Shown: in pieces, positions 26,473 to 40,415 of the stretch | Position numbering within the stretch: the stretch's first letter is position 1 | How the letters are laid out: each line of letters starts with the position of its first letter | NCBI GenBank assembly: GCA_030390025.1 | Contig: CM059432.1 | Coordinates: forward strand, 40,364,001 to 40,428,000 | Source of the DNA: Squalus acanthias | Taxonomy: Eukaryota | DNA: 64,000 nucleotides | Direction of reading: 5' to 3' | Program-made: the position numbers and the translations under genes | The notes under the pieces: generated by a model | The model's input: only the letters and a program-made list of their open reading frames with translations | Told to the model about the DNA's origin: nothing | Database searches by the model: none

Positions 26473-28179
26473 CTGTGCACAAGAGCAGAAAACAAATCAT
26501 TTAATAGAACACCAAATAGCAGCAGACAAAAAAAAAACAAGAGTAAGGTCAAATGCAAGAACGAACTTGCATTGACATAGTGCCCTATCACGGCCTCGGG
26601 GTGTCTCAAAATCTGCTGGCTGAGGGGAGAATTTGGATCAGAACACTGAGCAAAAAGTCTTGTTTTAAATTCGAATAGTGCCATGGAATCTTTTACATCC
26701 ACCTGAACAGTTTAACATTTCATTTGAAAATCGGCACATCTGCCAATGCGGCACTGGGGTTAGCCGAGATTATATGTGTTTTAAGACCAGTAACAACTGA
26801 TGTCTCTAGACTGCACAGCAAAAACTGCAATGCAGTATTCATGAATTTTGAAATTGTCAAAGAAATAATGATAAAATATACATTCTGAAAACTATATGGC
26901 CCAGTGAATTAGAATTAGCATCGAGAACCTGGATTCAAATTCTGCCCAGGCTGATGGAAGCGTCTTACAGTTCTCACTGAGAAGGTCCTACATGAACTGT
27001 TATTGGGCCAATTTTTAGTGGGCAAGCTCACCCAAATAATTCATAAGAGTAGCTGAAATGGGAATATTTATACTGTGCCATTAGATGCGTTCTTTTGAGG
27101 TTGGAGGTGATGGTACATTTTTAAGGCATAGTAGAGGGAGCTTCATGTTGTAATTGTCCTATCTGATAACTAACTTGCGGCTACATGATGCTGACACTGT
27201 GGCTTGGAGTTTCCGCAACTAGCACAATAGATCGCGGAATTTTAAGCGCAAATTACATCCTGCCCAAATTGAGTTACTGCGATCTTTTGCACTAGTTTAA
27301 AAAACATCGAACTAGAAGCCGGCCCCATTCACAAATCTGGCCACGCCCCCAGATTGAATTAATCACCATGGCGAGTTGCTGCTTAATTGCGCCCATTTGC
27401 AAGCCTTTAAGGCTCTAAAAATTAAGCTGGTTCTTTTGGGCTCAAGGACAATAAGAGGCACGTTTTAAATGCTTCTGAACATAATTTTTTTAAATCTACT
27501 AAGAAACTGACACCTGTGCACAAATATAATTAGCAAATGGTTCTGTATAGTTTTTTTTAAGTCATTGAGTTATTTAAAATTGGGTTACTCACAGGTGGTG
27601 GACAAGATTATGCCAAAGGCTGCAGAAAAGTCAAGATGGATGAGAAGGGATAGTGCACCACGGACATAGTTACAGGAGATTACATAGGATCTACAGCACA
27701 GAAACAGGCCATTGGGCCCAACTGGTCTATTGTCTACACAAGTCTCCTCCCACGACAATTACCTGTTCCCACCTTGTCCCCCATATCTTTCTGTTTCCTT
27801 CTCCATCATGTTGGATGTCTTCTGTGACTTTGATTAGGGCCATTTCAGTGCTGTGGCAGGTGTAGAAACCCCACAGGAGAGATTTAAACATGTAGTTGCA
27901 GTAAAGACGGGCACGAATTTGTGAGATGACAACACGTTCAAGGACGAGAGGAAAGCAAGGTTGGAGGTAGTGTGCAAAGACAGAAGGGTCGGGGGGTGGT
28001 ATTTTTGAGGAGGGGCTGATGACGATGGTTTTGAAAGGGATGGGGGGGACTGTACCTGGTGAGAAAGATCCATTTACAATGTCAGCTAGCATGTGGGGGG
28101 CCAGGAGGTGCAGGTTGGAGATGTAGCCCCAATTTTCCAATTCACACTTCCTGTGAGTGTGGGACCATGAAATGACCTT

Positions 28180-28879
28180 GGGGGGAAAAATTCAGTATTG
28201 ACCATTTTGGGGCGCTAACTTTAGCGCTGGTGACTGCAAAATTAAGTTTTAGCGCCCCAAGAGGGAAGTGGAACGTTAAATCAAGTGCTCCACTTCCTTC
28301 TTAGTGCCCTAACATAAGAGAGTTCAGCAGCGCTGCACAATGGGCCGTGCAGCGCTGCCGCGTTCAGAGGCTCCTTTCCTCCCTTAAAGGAAGGGCCATC
28401 GCCGCAGGCTCTGCAATTTAAAAAGTACCTATCTGGATCACCAAGGCAGCTGTGATCCCGCGCGATCAGCCCAGCACTCAAGCAGAGTGATTGGGCTGAT
28501 CGATCACGGGCAGGAACCCGCGAAAAAAACTAGAACAGGAAAGGTAAGTTTTTTTTCCCCACTTACCTTGGCCACCTCGCCTTTAATCATCGCCCGCGAA
28601 ACAGCCGGCTGCCCGATGCACGCCTCCTGCAGCTGTCGATGTTATCGACCGGCGCTGCTGCAGGGGGCGGAAGTCAATTTTGGGTCTGGGGCGCTACTGG
28701 GGGCAATGCGCACTGTGATGATGTCATGATCTCCGGGCGAAGGAGATAGGGGCGCAACGGCGTAGCGCCGCTGCAAAGCTACAGCCGAATATGGCGGGAG
28801 TTGGTGTCAACGCCGCGCCCGGTCGCAAAGCCATTTGCGCCCCCAGCGGGAGGCGCAAAGGCACCCAATTTCACCCCCC
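28180..28879. mobile_element. GC-rich MITE with G-run TIRs
   Basis: ggggggaaaaatt ... aatttcacccccc, probable CTT TSD. Confidence 0.5.
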
Positions 28880-29054
28880 TTGTATTTTCTCCCTTTGAAG
28901 CTTGATACAAAGAGTTCCATTTATTTAGATGTAAATAACACAAACACTTTCAATATTTAACCACAAGTAGAAGAGAAGTCAAATTTGCCTTTGGGGACCA
29001 ATGTCAAAATTACATGTGGACCCCAGTACTATGCTGCAAAGGCGGACGACGACA

Positions 29055-30180
29055 ACAACAAGTTGTATTTATACAGCGCCTTTAAAGTAGTAAAACGTTC
29101 CAAGGTGCTTCACAGGAGTATTATAAAACAAAAAAATTGACACTGCGCCACATAAGGAGAAATTAGGGCAGATGACCAAAAGCTTGGTCAAAGAGGTATG
29201 TTTTAAGAAGCGTCTTAAAGGAGGAAAGAGAGGTAGGGAGGTGGAGAGGTTTAGGGAGGGAGATTAGGGCCTAGGCAGCAGAAGGCACGGCCACCAATGG
29301 TTGAGCAATTAACACCAGGGATGTTCAAGAGGGCAGAATTAGAGGAGCGCAGATATCTCGGGGCGGGGTTGTGGGGCTGGAGGAGATTACAGAGATAGGG
29401 AAGGGGCGAGGCCATGGAGGGATTTGAAAACAAGGATGAGAATTTTAAAATCGAGGCGTTGCTTAACCGGGAGTCAATGTAGGTCAGCGAGCACAGGGGT
29501 GATGGGTGAACGGGACTGGGTGTGAGTTAGGACATGGGCAGCCAAGTTTTGGATGACCTCAAGTTTACGTAGGGTAGAACGCGGGAGACCAGCCAGGAGT
29601 GCTTTGGAATAGTCAAGTCTAGAGGTAACAAAGGCATGGATGAAGGTTTTAGCAGCGGATGAGCTGAGGCGGGGCGGAGACGGGGCGATGTTACTGAGGT
29701 GGAAATAGGCGGTCTTAGTTACGGTGCGGATATGTGGTCGGAAGCTCATTTCAGGGTCAAATGTCACCAAGGCCAGGAAGGAGGATGGAGTCGGTGGCTA
29801 GGGAACGGAGTTTGTGGCGGGGACCGAAGACAATGGCTTCGGTCTTCCCAATATTTAGCTGGAGAAAATATCTGCTGATCCAGAATTGGATGTCGGACAT
29901 GCAGTCTGACAATTTAAAGACTGTGGAGGGGTCGAGAGAAGTGCTGGTGAGGTAGTGCTGGGTGTTATCAGCGTGCATGTGGAAACTGACGCTGTGTTTT
30001 CGGATGATGTCGCTGAGGGGCAGCATGTAGATGAGAAATGGGAGGGAGCCAAGAATAGCTCCTTGGGGGACACCAGAGGTAACGATGCGGGAGCAGGAAG
30101 AGAAGCCATTGCAGGTGATTCTCTGGCTACGATTAGATAGATAAGCATGGAACCAGGCGAGTGCAGTCTCACCCAGCAGA
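29055..30180 (-). mobile_element. L2-clade LINE fragment
   Basis: ORFs with FHMHADNTQHYL, FLQLNIGKTE, IHAFVTSRLDYS; L2-type tail. Confidence 0.85.
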
Positions 30181-30569
30181 CAAGATGAAATGCATCACTA
30201 TAATGAATTTTGTTAATCCAAGAAATTTGCCAAGTTAACCACAGTGAGCAGAACATTTAAAAGTAGGCTGTGTGCTTTGCCACACAAGATGAAATAGTTC
30301 TACTTAAACTGCAGCTCACTATGTAATCACCAGGGAAATCACAATGAGAGGAAATGTCCCGAACTAGGAGGCAGCAGCAATTACAATTTCTGGAGGTATC
30401 GTTTCTATTTGTTTTAAAATGTTGCACATGATGGTCATGGTACATATTGGAATGCATGCTACATTAGAGATTACTTATGTACAGAAAACGACATTGAGGA
30501 TCTTGCTGCCCCTTTATATTTGTGTTGATTTTAAATTGCTCATTTACATTGTGGGGCAAATCTGAACGG

Positions 30570-32095
30570 ATGGGATGCATCCTAGGATGCTGAGGGAACT
30601 GAGGGCGGAAATCGCGGAGGTACTCACCATAATATTCCAATCCTGCATAGATACGGGGGTGATGCCAGAGGACTGGAGAATTGCAAATGTTACACCATTG
30701 ATAAAAAAAGGGTGTAAAGATAAACCCAGCAACTACAGGCCAGTCAGTTTAACCTCGGTAGAGGGGAAGCTTTTAGAAACAGTAATCAGGGACAAAATTA
30801 ACAGTCACTTGGATAGGTATGGATTAATTAAGGAAAGCCAGCACGGATTTGTTAAAGGCAAATCATGTTCAACCAACTTGATTGAGTTTTTTGATGAGGT
30901 AACAGAGAGGGTTGATGAGGGCAATGTGGTTGACGTAGTATACATAGATTTCCAAAAGGCGTTCGACAAAGTGCCACATAATAGGCTTGCCAGCAAAGTT
31001 GAAGCCCATGGAATAAAAGCGACAGTGGCAGCATGGATATGAAATTGGCTAAGTGACAGGAAACAGAGAGTAGTGGTGAACAGTTGTTTTTCGGACTGGA
31101 GGAACGCATACAGTGGTGTTCCCCAGGGGTTGGTTCTAGGACCACTGCTTTTCTTGATATATATTAATGACTTGGACATGGGTGTACAGGGCACAATTTC
31201 AAAATTTGCAGATGACACAAAACTTGGAAGTATAGTGAACAGTGAGGAGGAGAGTAATATACTTCAGGAAGACATAAACAGGCTGGTGAAATGGGCGGAC
31301 ACGTGGCAGATGAAATTTAACGCAAAAAATGCGAAGTGATACATTTTGGTAGAATGAATGAGGAGAGGACATATAAACTAAATAGTACAATCCTAAAGGG
31401 GGTGTACAAACAGAGAGACTTGGGAGTATATGTGCACAAATCGTTGAAGGTAGCAGGGCAGGTTGAGAAAGCAATTAAAAAGGCTTACGGGATCCTGGGC
31501 TTCATAAATAGAGGTATAGAGTACAAAAGTATGGAAGTACCTGTATAAAACACTGGGTCAGCCCCAACTGGAGTATTGTGGGCACCATACTTTAGGAAGG
31601 ATGTGAAGGCCTTAGAGAAGGTGCAGAAAAGATTGATGAGAATGATTCCAGGAATGAGGGATTTCAGTTATGTTGATAGACTGGAGAAGCTGGGGTTGTT
31701 CTCCTTGGAGCAGAGAAGATTGAGAGGAGATTTGATAGAGGTGTTCAAAATCATGAGGGGTCTGGTCAGAGTAGAGAGAGATAAACTGTTCCCATTGGCG
31801 GAAGGGTCGAGAACCAGAGGACACAGATTTAAGGGGATTGGCAAAAGAACCAAAGGCGATGTAAGAAAAAACTTTTTTACGCAGCGCGTGGTTAAGATCT
31901 GGAATGTACTGCCTGAAAGGGTGGTGGAAGCAGACTCAATCACAGCTTTCAAAAGGGAGTTGGATAAGTATCTGAAGGAAAAAGATTTGCAGGGCTACGG
32001 GGAAAGGGCAGAGGAGTGGGACTAGCTGAGAGTCAGCACGGGCTCGACGGGCCGAATGGCCTTCTTCCGTGCTGTAACCATTCTATGATTCTATG
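30570..32095 (+). mobile_element. CR1 LINE, RT and 3' end, disrupted
   Basis: [40 protein letters not shown] tail. Confidence 0.9.
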
Positions 32096-32694
32096 CATTT
32101 TTGCTGCAAAGTGACGAACTCGACCGGTATTACTGCAACTTTGTTCTTCTGGCCAAGACCTTTCTCGATGTCACGGAAGGTCTGTTCAGGCAAGGACTGT
32201 GGAAAACACCGTGCTGGCATATATAGAAAAGTTGAGAGGTCAGTCTGTCTGCAGCCAGGCTGATGGCAAGTTAGGAGCTGTTCAGCTTTTCTAACAGTGT
32301 CATCAACAAATATCACTGTAACAACTTGCATTTATATAGTGTGTTTAACATACAAAAATGCCCCAAGGAACCTCAGACTTTCATATTAAAATAAAACGGA
32401 TGCCAAGACAAAGAAGGAACTATTTGGAGTGGTGATCAAAAGCTTGGTCAGAGGTGGGATTTTAAGGAACGTCTTAAAGGAAGAAAGGGAGTTGGAAAAG
32501 CAAAGAGGAAGAGAATTCCAGCACTTGGGACCAAGACAGCTGAAGGTTCAGCCACCAATGGTGCATTGAAGAGACCAGAGTGAGAGCACCAGAGAGTTCA
32601 GAAATGTGGGGGGTCAGAGGAAGGGAAAACCAGCACTAAAAAAGTTCATTTTACCTCAGTTTTTGGTAAACTATTAAGCACTGAGTTAATCAGG

Positions 32695-34660
32695 ACAGAT
32701 TTGTAAAAGGCAGGTCATTCTTGACCAACCTTAAAGCATTCTTTGAAGAAATACCAGAAATGACAGATAAAGGAAATGCACTGAATGCAATTGATAACGA
32801 TTTTGACACAGTTAACCATGGCATCTTCTTCTATCATCTTTTCTCAGTATCCAGATCCTTATGGCTGTCCTTGCACAGTTCCACTCCTACTAGTCCGAAT
32901 ACTGTCAGTGCATCTCCAGAAATGGCTTCTCTTCTCGTCTCTGCACCTTCATCTTCTACGGATCTATCTCTGCCACCCTACACTGGCTCTGTCTCCAATG
33001 CATTAAATCTAACATCTCCGTCCTTGCCTTCAAATCTCTCTATTGTTTTGATCCACCCTCTCTCAACAACCTTCTCCAGCCTTCTACACCTTTTGGTCTT
33101 CTGACTCTGGCCTTTTCTGAACCTGCCCTTCATTGCCCCACCAACAGTGGTGCTACCTTGGCGCGTCTCTCTGGAACTCGTCCCCCCCCAAACCTTTCCG
33201 CCTATCCTTTCTCCACTTTTAAAAAACCTCAGCAAAACCCAGCTTTTCGACCAAGCTTATAGCCACCTAATCTCTCCCTCCACGACTTGGATTATCTATT
33301 CCTATTTATTTTTTTCTCCCCCCCTCGGTAAAACCACATGGGAGGGTTTCTATGTTAAAAGTACAACATAAATGTAAGCTGTCATGGTTTTAAAAAGCAT
33401 TTGATAATGTACCATTCAAGAGATTTATAGTAAAGGTAAAGCGATGTGGTTTTAAGGAGAATATGGCCATGTAGATAGAGACATGGTTGGAGGGCAGATA
33501 GCAAAGAATAGAGGTTGAAATTTCTTTACTGGAAAAACGTGATGAGGGATGTTCCACAGGAGTCTGTGTTTGAATCCCTCTTATTTACTGTATATACATA
33601 AATGAGCTGGCAAATTTTGTTGAGGTTTGTGAAAAACTGCAGGGGAACATAAATAGGCTAGCAGGATGGACAAATAGGTGGCAGGTGCGTTCAATGCAGA
33701 AAAATATGTAGTAATACATTTAGGAAGCAAGAATAGGGAAGGGGACTGCACCTTAAATGGTAAGATTTTAAATTGAGTAGTGGAATCAGGGTAAACCCTG
33801 GGAATGGGGCGGGAGTACTGAGTGGGATTCCTCAGGGCTTGGTACCGGGACCACTACGGTTTCTAATTTGCATAACTGACCTGGATTCAGAAACTCAATG
33901 CAGCTGTCAAATTTGCAGATAATACCAAACTAGGAAGGATAGTGGAATTAGAAGTGGCAGCTCAGAAATTTAGAATGAGTTGGACAAAATATGCGACTAT
34001 GCAGAACAATGGCAAATAAAATTTAATGCAGAATTAAATGCCACAAAAACAAATGAAAAATAAACAACATCCACATTCCATAAACAGTGTTGAAATAGTT
34101 ATGAATGAAGTTGAGAGAGACCTAGGAGATCTCGTTGATTCAACGCTAAGTATGTCCAAGTAATGCAGAGCAGTAATCAACAAAGCTAAAAGGCTGTTGA
34201 ACTGCATTGCCAAAACAGTAGAATATAAATCAGAGGAGATAATGATCAAACTATAGAGTGCTCTGGTTGACCACACCTTGAATACTGCGACTAGTTCTGG
34301 TTGCCAAAAAACTGAGAGAGACATTCGAAGGTTGGAGGCAGTGCAGAGAAGAGCCACAAAGCTAATTCCCAGTGCTAGGGGTATGAGCTAAGATAAACAA
34401 CTGGTTAGACTCGAATGATCTTAACGTATACAAGATTGTTAACCCCAAATATCACTTTAAATTAAACTGTGGGAGTCTAAGTAAAGGACAGGTGTTTGAA
34501 CTAGTAAAAGGTAACTTTAGAACTGATATCAGAGTGTAATAAACTTATAGATAGAGCCGTGGAGGCAGAAACCCTGGAATTAATTGCTTGCTACATGGGG
34601 GAGGGAGGTTAGGATTGCTCAATGGATGAATTAAGAAGGAATGATTGGCCTTCCTCCTGT
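32695..34660 (+). mobile_element. Heavily degraded CR1 sequence with an L2-like fragment (~32805-33385) inserted
   Basis: Remnant RT motifs (LTNL.AFFEE, AFD, KFADNTKL); flanks rejoin around the L2-like piece. Confidence 0.6.
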
Positions 34661-35614
34661 AATTAAGCTGTAAACTTGTAAACCATGGTGTGCAGATATA
34701 CAAGGCATTAAAGATGGAAACGCAAGTAGGTAAAGCCAAAAAAGGAGCAAAAGGAATTCTAGAGGCAGCGTGTAAAAAAGCAACAAAGTAACGTTGAACC
34801 TGACAAGACCTAGGTCGAAGTTGTAGTTTTGGGTACGGTTTTGGGTACTCCATTAATAGCATTCCTCTAGCCATCAGATACAACCCAGTAGTATAAATGA
34901 GGTTCAACACAAATCAGTACATTTGAGTGACATTACTAAAGGCGACTTTCAGGATCCCATGTAAAGATTGTTAGGAAAGTGATTCATCTTTTGCACCTTG
35001 TTAATCTTGAACCCTGATTGCAGTTTGAATACTTCTTACTTTTAAGGGTTACTGTATGAAAATAAAACTGCAAGTCACAGAAACCACTACGTTTGTTTTC
35101 ACTACTTCAATTAGAAATGCATCTATAACGTTCTTAACCTGTGGGATTTGATTTGCCACATAGATAACACATCATTGGTGGCAAAGGGCAAACAACTGAG
35201 CACATGCGGTTGTTTGTGATAAACTGCAACATAATTTCTTACCAGCAGACCTCTGATGGCTGGGGAAGATTCAGTACTGCCCAACAAGGAAAAGCTATCC
35301 TATGCTGGTGGGTTAAGTAGGACGTTTAACCATGGTCAAACAAAATGTTGGCTGACACCACCAGAGTTTACATCTGTTGCTAGAGGTGTTGCTGCCTCAT
35401 TTACTACAAATCACTGCAAAGTAAAAAGGGTATTAATCTAGCCAGATATGAACCTTAAGATATAGTTAAGTAGTACTTACTCCTACAATAGACCTCAATG
35501 TCCCAGGAGTAGAGGGAAGTGATATTAAACCTGTACAAGACCTTATATCTAGGTCATCCACTTTGGATCCAAGACAGACAAGTCGGAATATTTTGTTTAA
35601 TGTTGAGAGACTAG

Positions 35615-36038
35615 GAGCAGAGAGATTTGGGTGTCCAGATACACAAATCATTAAAAGCTAGTGCACAGGTACAAAAATGAATCCAAATGGCTAATGGAAT
35701 GTTAGCCTTTATCTCAAGGGGGGCAGATTAAAAAAGGGGAGTAACAAGGGGGTACAAGCTTAAAATGAGTGCTAAGCCATTTAGGAGTCAAATCAGGAAG
35801 CATTTTTTCCACACAAAGTGTGGTAGTTATCTGAAACTCTCTCCTTCAAAAGGCTGTGGATCCTGGGTCAATTAGAAGTTTCAAGACTCAGATCGACAGA
35901 TTTTTATTAGGTAAGGGTATCGAGGGATTATGGATCAAAGGCAGGTAAATGGAGTTGCGATACAGATCAGCCATGCTCTAATTGAATGGTGGAGCAGAGT
36001 CAAGGGGCTGAATGGCCTACTCCTGTTCCTATGTTCCT
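35615..36038 (+). mobile_element. Internally deleted CR1 3' fragment
   Basis: CR1 3' UTR ending cctgttcctatgttcct. Confidence 0.7.
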
Positions 36039-36270
36039 CTAGTTCCAACTAATCTGGAATGTGTGCGTGGATGTCACGTGGCACCAGACTGGGCTGAGCT
36101 GCAATATCTCCTATAGTCGATGTGCCTGTCAACAACATGGTCTCTAGGCTACCTGAAAGTAATTAGAGTAGCTACTGCGTATAGAACTGCACCCCAGCAA
36201 GAGAAGACGACGGGGAAAAAATGTGTTCTAAAGCCAGCAAATAAAATTTTGTTCAGAGCACTGAACTCAC

Positions 36271-36342
36271 ATGTTTAATTGCGGAGGACCAGGTTTTAAC
36301 TGTTTCACTGGAAAGCTGCTCTGGACAGTTGTTCTAACCGCC
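36271..36342 (-). CDS. INTS8: INTS8 coding exon 4 (AVRTTVQSSFPVKQLKPGPPQLN)
   Basis: Manual translation; cag acceptor, gtgagt donor, 72 nt. Confidence 0.93.
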
Positions 36343-36779
36343 CTGTTCAAAGAAGAAAAGGATCCTTCAGAATGAAATAGTCAGGAAATTATTCACTTTT
36401 ATAGTACACATAAAACACAATCACCTTTGCAGCAAACTAAAAAAAATTAATAGAACTCATTAATATACATATTATTGTGCCACAGCAGATCAGACTAGTT
36501 TGTAAATATTTTTTTGTATTACTTTCCACAAAAGTTCACACTGTTTTATCCTTCATGACATAAATGGCATAATGAATTCCACCTCTTTATAAAGTGCACA
36601 AGTAACATCTAGTGGCAGAAAACTGACAATTTATGTCTATTGCTCCACCTCACTTTTTAAAAAATCGTGAACTGTATCAAAACCTGACAACCTGATCACA
36701 GCTGCTGGCCTACCCAGTTTAGAACAAAAATATGTAATATCATAAAGGATGCATTATTACACAAGATGTCTGATCTTAC

Positions 36780-36920
36780 CATCTATTGTACACCAGTACA
36801 GCCATGGTGGTTGTCGGAGGCAGGCTGCACAGGTCCAGATCAACATGCTTTACACCTGGAGGAACCTTGCTGACACACAGCAGCTCATTCAGAAGCATAT
36901 TCAGCACTGGCACAGTCAAA
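36780..36920 (-). CDS. INTS8: INTS8 coding exon 3 (SLTVPVLNMLLNELLCVSKVPPGVKHVDLDL...MAVLVYNRW)
   Basis: ORF 36776..36994 contains the INTS8 peptide; cag acceptor, gtaaga donor, 141 nt. Confidence 0.95.
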
Positions 36921-37065
36921 CTGGTGAAAGATAATTGTATAACTAATAAATGCCATGGGTAATAACATGGACTTGTAAAAGGTGAACAATGCATTTCAAG
37001 ATCGTTTTAGTTTTTTAAATATTTAAACAGAAGGCATCACCATGAACAGAATTTTTCAAAATTAC

Positions 37066-37240
37066 CTTTTCTCCAACAACTCTAAATCCCACTTCAAGTG
37101 CGCAGCTACCTTGAGAGCGAGGAGCTTTAATGTGCGGTTCCTCTTGTTGTCGGTCGGTGGGTGCACTTGGTTCTGCTCATTTACAGAGGGTTTGGAGGCC
37201 TGTTCCAAAAACTGGTTTATCAGCTGAATTGGCGATGGAT
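37066..37240 (-). CDS. INTS8: INTS8 coding exon 2 (DPSPIQLINQFLEQASKPSVNEQNQV...KVAAHLKWDLELLEK)
   Basis: cag|AT acceptor, AG|gtaatt donor, 175 nt, in frame with exon 1. Confidence 0.95.
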
Positions 37241-37827
37241 CTGCTTCAGCAAAAAGAACATTGCCTTGTAAGGCTTAGACATAATACAATAATTGACATA
37301 TTATAGCAGCTTCTGGAGATTTTCTTATACTTAAAGAGGACTCTGCTGATCAGGTAGCTTACATGCGTTTATAGCTTCCAATTATAACCTCTCTCTTTGA
37401 TCTTAAAGTACTGGAGGAAATTTCGCAGGGGTTTCATTTTAAAATATAGAAAGTACTAGTGTACTAATACCCACAATTTCACTACTCATGATCACTGGCA
37501 CATGTTCAAATTGAAACCACCACACCCTCACATTATTTTTTATCTACCATTACTTTGTAAAAATACTCAAATTAAATTCTCTTTCATTTCACCCGCCCAG
37601 AACAATCACACTTTTCTGTTTTACAAGTCAGAGGACCTGTAATTTTGAGAGCTCTAGAACCAAACTGCGACACGAAACTTCAAGGATAATAGGTAAGGTT
37701 ATGTCCTAAACTGTTCTGATCTGGACACGGAACTGGTCAGGAGTGCCAGGAGGTTTAGAGGGAAGAATGTGTATATCATTACCATCTTCCTCCTTACCCA
37801 CTAGAAGAATCAGAAGACTCACACGCA

Positions 37828-38013
37828 GGAGGGTAAAATTAAACTTTGATGGAAGCTCAAAGCAGGCTGTAGTGGATCTGCTGCCCGTTTTACACCCTGT
37901 CTGATTTTCCTTGCCATTGACTTCAACGGAAAGGAAGATTGGGTGAGGTGTATAACAGATATGTGACCCACTACAGCCTATTTTGTGCCCTGCCAAAGTT
38001 GAATTTTACTCCC
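37828..38013. mobile_element. ~185-bp palindromic MITE
   Basis: TIR gagggtaaaattaaactttg / caaagttgaattttactccc; internal symmetry around ccattgacttcaacgg. Confidence 0.6.
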
Positions 38014-38229
38014 CCAAAAATTATTTTAGTCAGCAAGTGGGAACGGTAGCATAGTGGTTATGTTACTGGACTAGTAATCCAGAGAGCTGGTCAAATGTTC
38101 TAGAGACGCGAGTTCAAATCCCACCACGGCAGCTGGGGAGTTTAAATCCAGTTAATTAAATAAATCTGGAATAAAAAGCTAATATCAGTAAAGGTGACCA
38201 TGAAACTCCTGAAAGTGGGGCAGGTGGCG

Positions 38230-40415
38230 ACAGAATTAACACGAGGGGAAAAACCTACTTGACCTCGTCCTCACCAATCTACCCGTTGCAGATGCATCTG
38301 TCCACCGCACAGTCATTGTAGAGAGGAAGTCCCGTCTTCACACTGAGGACACTCTCCATCGTGTTGTGTGGCACTACCACCGTGCTTAATGGGATAGATT
38401 CAGAACAGATCCAGCAGCTCAAAACTGGGCATCCATGAGATGCTGTGGGCCATCAGCAGCAGCAGAATTGTATTCCACCACAATCTGTAACCTCATGGCC
38501 CAGCATATCCCTCATTCTACCATTATCAAGCCAGGTTCAATGAGGAGTGTAGAAGAGCATGCCAGGAGCAGCACCAGGCGTACCTAAAAATGAGGGAAAC
38601 TACAACACAGGACTGCATGCAGCATGCTATAGACAGAGCTAAGCGAGCCCACAATCAACAGATCAGATCAAAGCTCTGCATTCCTGCCACATCCAGTCGT
38701 GAATGGTGGTGGACAATTAAACAACCAACGGGAGGAGGAGGCTCCATCCTAAATAAAGACGGAGCCCAGTACGCAAGTGCAAAAGACAAGGCTGAAGCGT
38801 TTGCAAACCACCTCCTGAGGTCCCCACCATCACAGAAGCCAGTCTTCAGCCAATTCGATTCACTCCACGTGATATCAAGAAACAGCTGAGCGCACTGGAT
38901 ACAGCAAAGGCCCCAACAACATCCCGGCTGTCGTGCTGAAGACTTGTGTTCCAGAACTAGCTAGCCAAGCTGTTCCAGTACAGCTACAACACTGGCATCT
39001 ACCCGACAATGTGGAATACTGTCCTGTCCACAAAAAGCAGGACAAATCCAATCTGGCCAATTACCGTTCCATCAGTCTACTCTCAATCATCAGCAAAGTG
39101 ATGGAAGGTGTCGTTGACAGTACAATCAGGCAGCACTTACTCACCAATGACCTGCTTACCGATGCTCAGTTTGGGTTCCGCTAGGACCACTCGGCTCCAG
39201 ACCTCATTACAGCCTTGGTCCAAACATGGACAAAAGAGCTGAATTCCAGAGGTGAGGTGAGAGTGACTGCCCTTGACATCAAGGCAGCATGTGGCATCAA
39301 GGAGCCCTAGTAAAACTGAAGTCAATGGGAATCAGAGGGAAAACTCTCAACTGGCTAGAGTCATACGTAGCACAAAGGAAGATTGTTGTGGTTGTTGAAG
39401 GTCAATCATCTCAGCCCCAGGACATCGCTGCAGGAGTTTCTCAGGGCAGTGTCCTAGGCCCAACCATCTTCAGCTGCTTCATCAATGACCTTCCTTCCAT
39501 CATAAGGTCAGAAGTAGGGATGTTCGCTGATGACTGCACAGTGTTCAGTGCCATTCGCAACTCCTCACATAATGAAGCAGTCCATGCCCAAATGCAGCAA
39601 GACCTGGACAACATTCAGGCTTGGGCTGGTAAGTGGCAAGTAACATTCAAGCCGCACAATTGCCAGGCAATGATATATATCTCCAACAAGAGGGTCTAAC
39701 CACTGCCCCATGACATTCAATGGCATTACCATCGCGGAATCCCCACCATCAACATTCTGGGGGTCACCATTGACTAGAAACTGAACTGGACCAGCCACAT
39801 AAATACTGTGGCAACAAGAGCAGGTCAGAGGCTGGGTATTCTGCAGCGAGTATCTCACCTCCTGACTCCCCAAAGCCTTTCCACCATCTACAAGGCACAA
39901 GTAAGCAGTGTGAGGGAATACTCTCCATTTGCCTAGATGAGTGCAGCTCCAACAACACTCAAGAAGCTCAACATCATCCAGGACAAAGCAGCCCACTTGA
40001 TTAGCACCCCATCCACCACCTTAAACATTCACTTCCTCCACCACCAGCGCACCGTGGTTGCAATGTGTACCACCTACAAGATGCACTGTGGCAACTCGCC
40101 AAAGCTTCTTCGGCAGCACCTCCTAAACCCATGACCTCTACCACCTAGAAGGACAGGGGCAGCAGGCGCATGGAAACACCATCGCCTCCAAGTTACACAC
40201 CATCCTGACTTGGAAATATATCGCCATTCCTTCATCGTCGCTGGGTCAAAATCCTGGAACTCCCTCCCTAACAGCACTGTGGGAGTACCTTCACCACACG
40301 GACTGCAGCGGTTCAAGAAGCCTGCTCACCACCACCTTTTCAAGGACAATTAGGGATGGGCAATAAATGCTGGCCTTGCCAGCGACGCCCACATCCCATG
40401 AACAAATAAAAAAAA
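38230..40415 (+). mobile_element. CR1/L2-group LINE of a second family, disrupted ORF2, preceded by a tRNA-like SINE head (~38040-38205)
   Basis: NYRSISLLSIISKVME, QFGFR, QGSVLGPTIF...MFADDC; A-rich tail. Confidence 0.85.
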
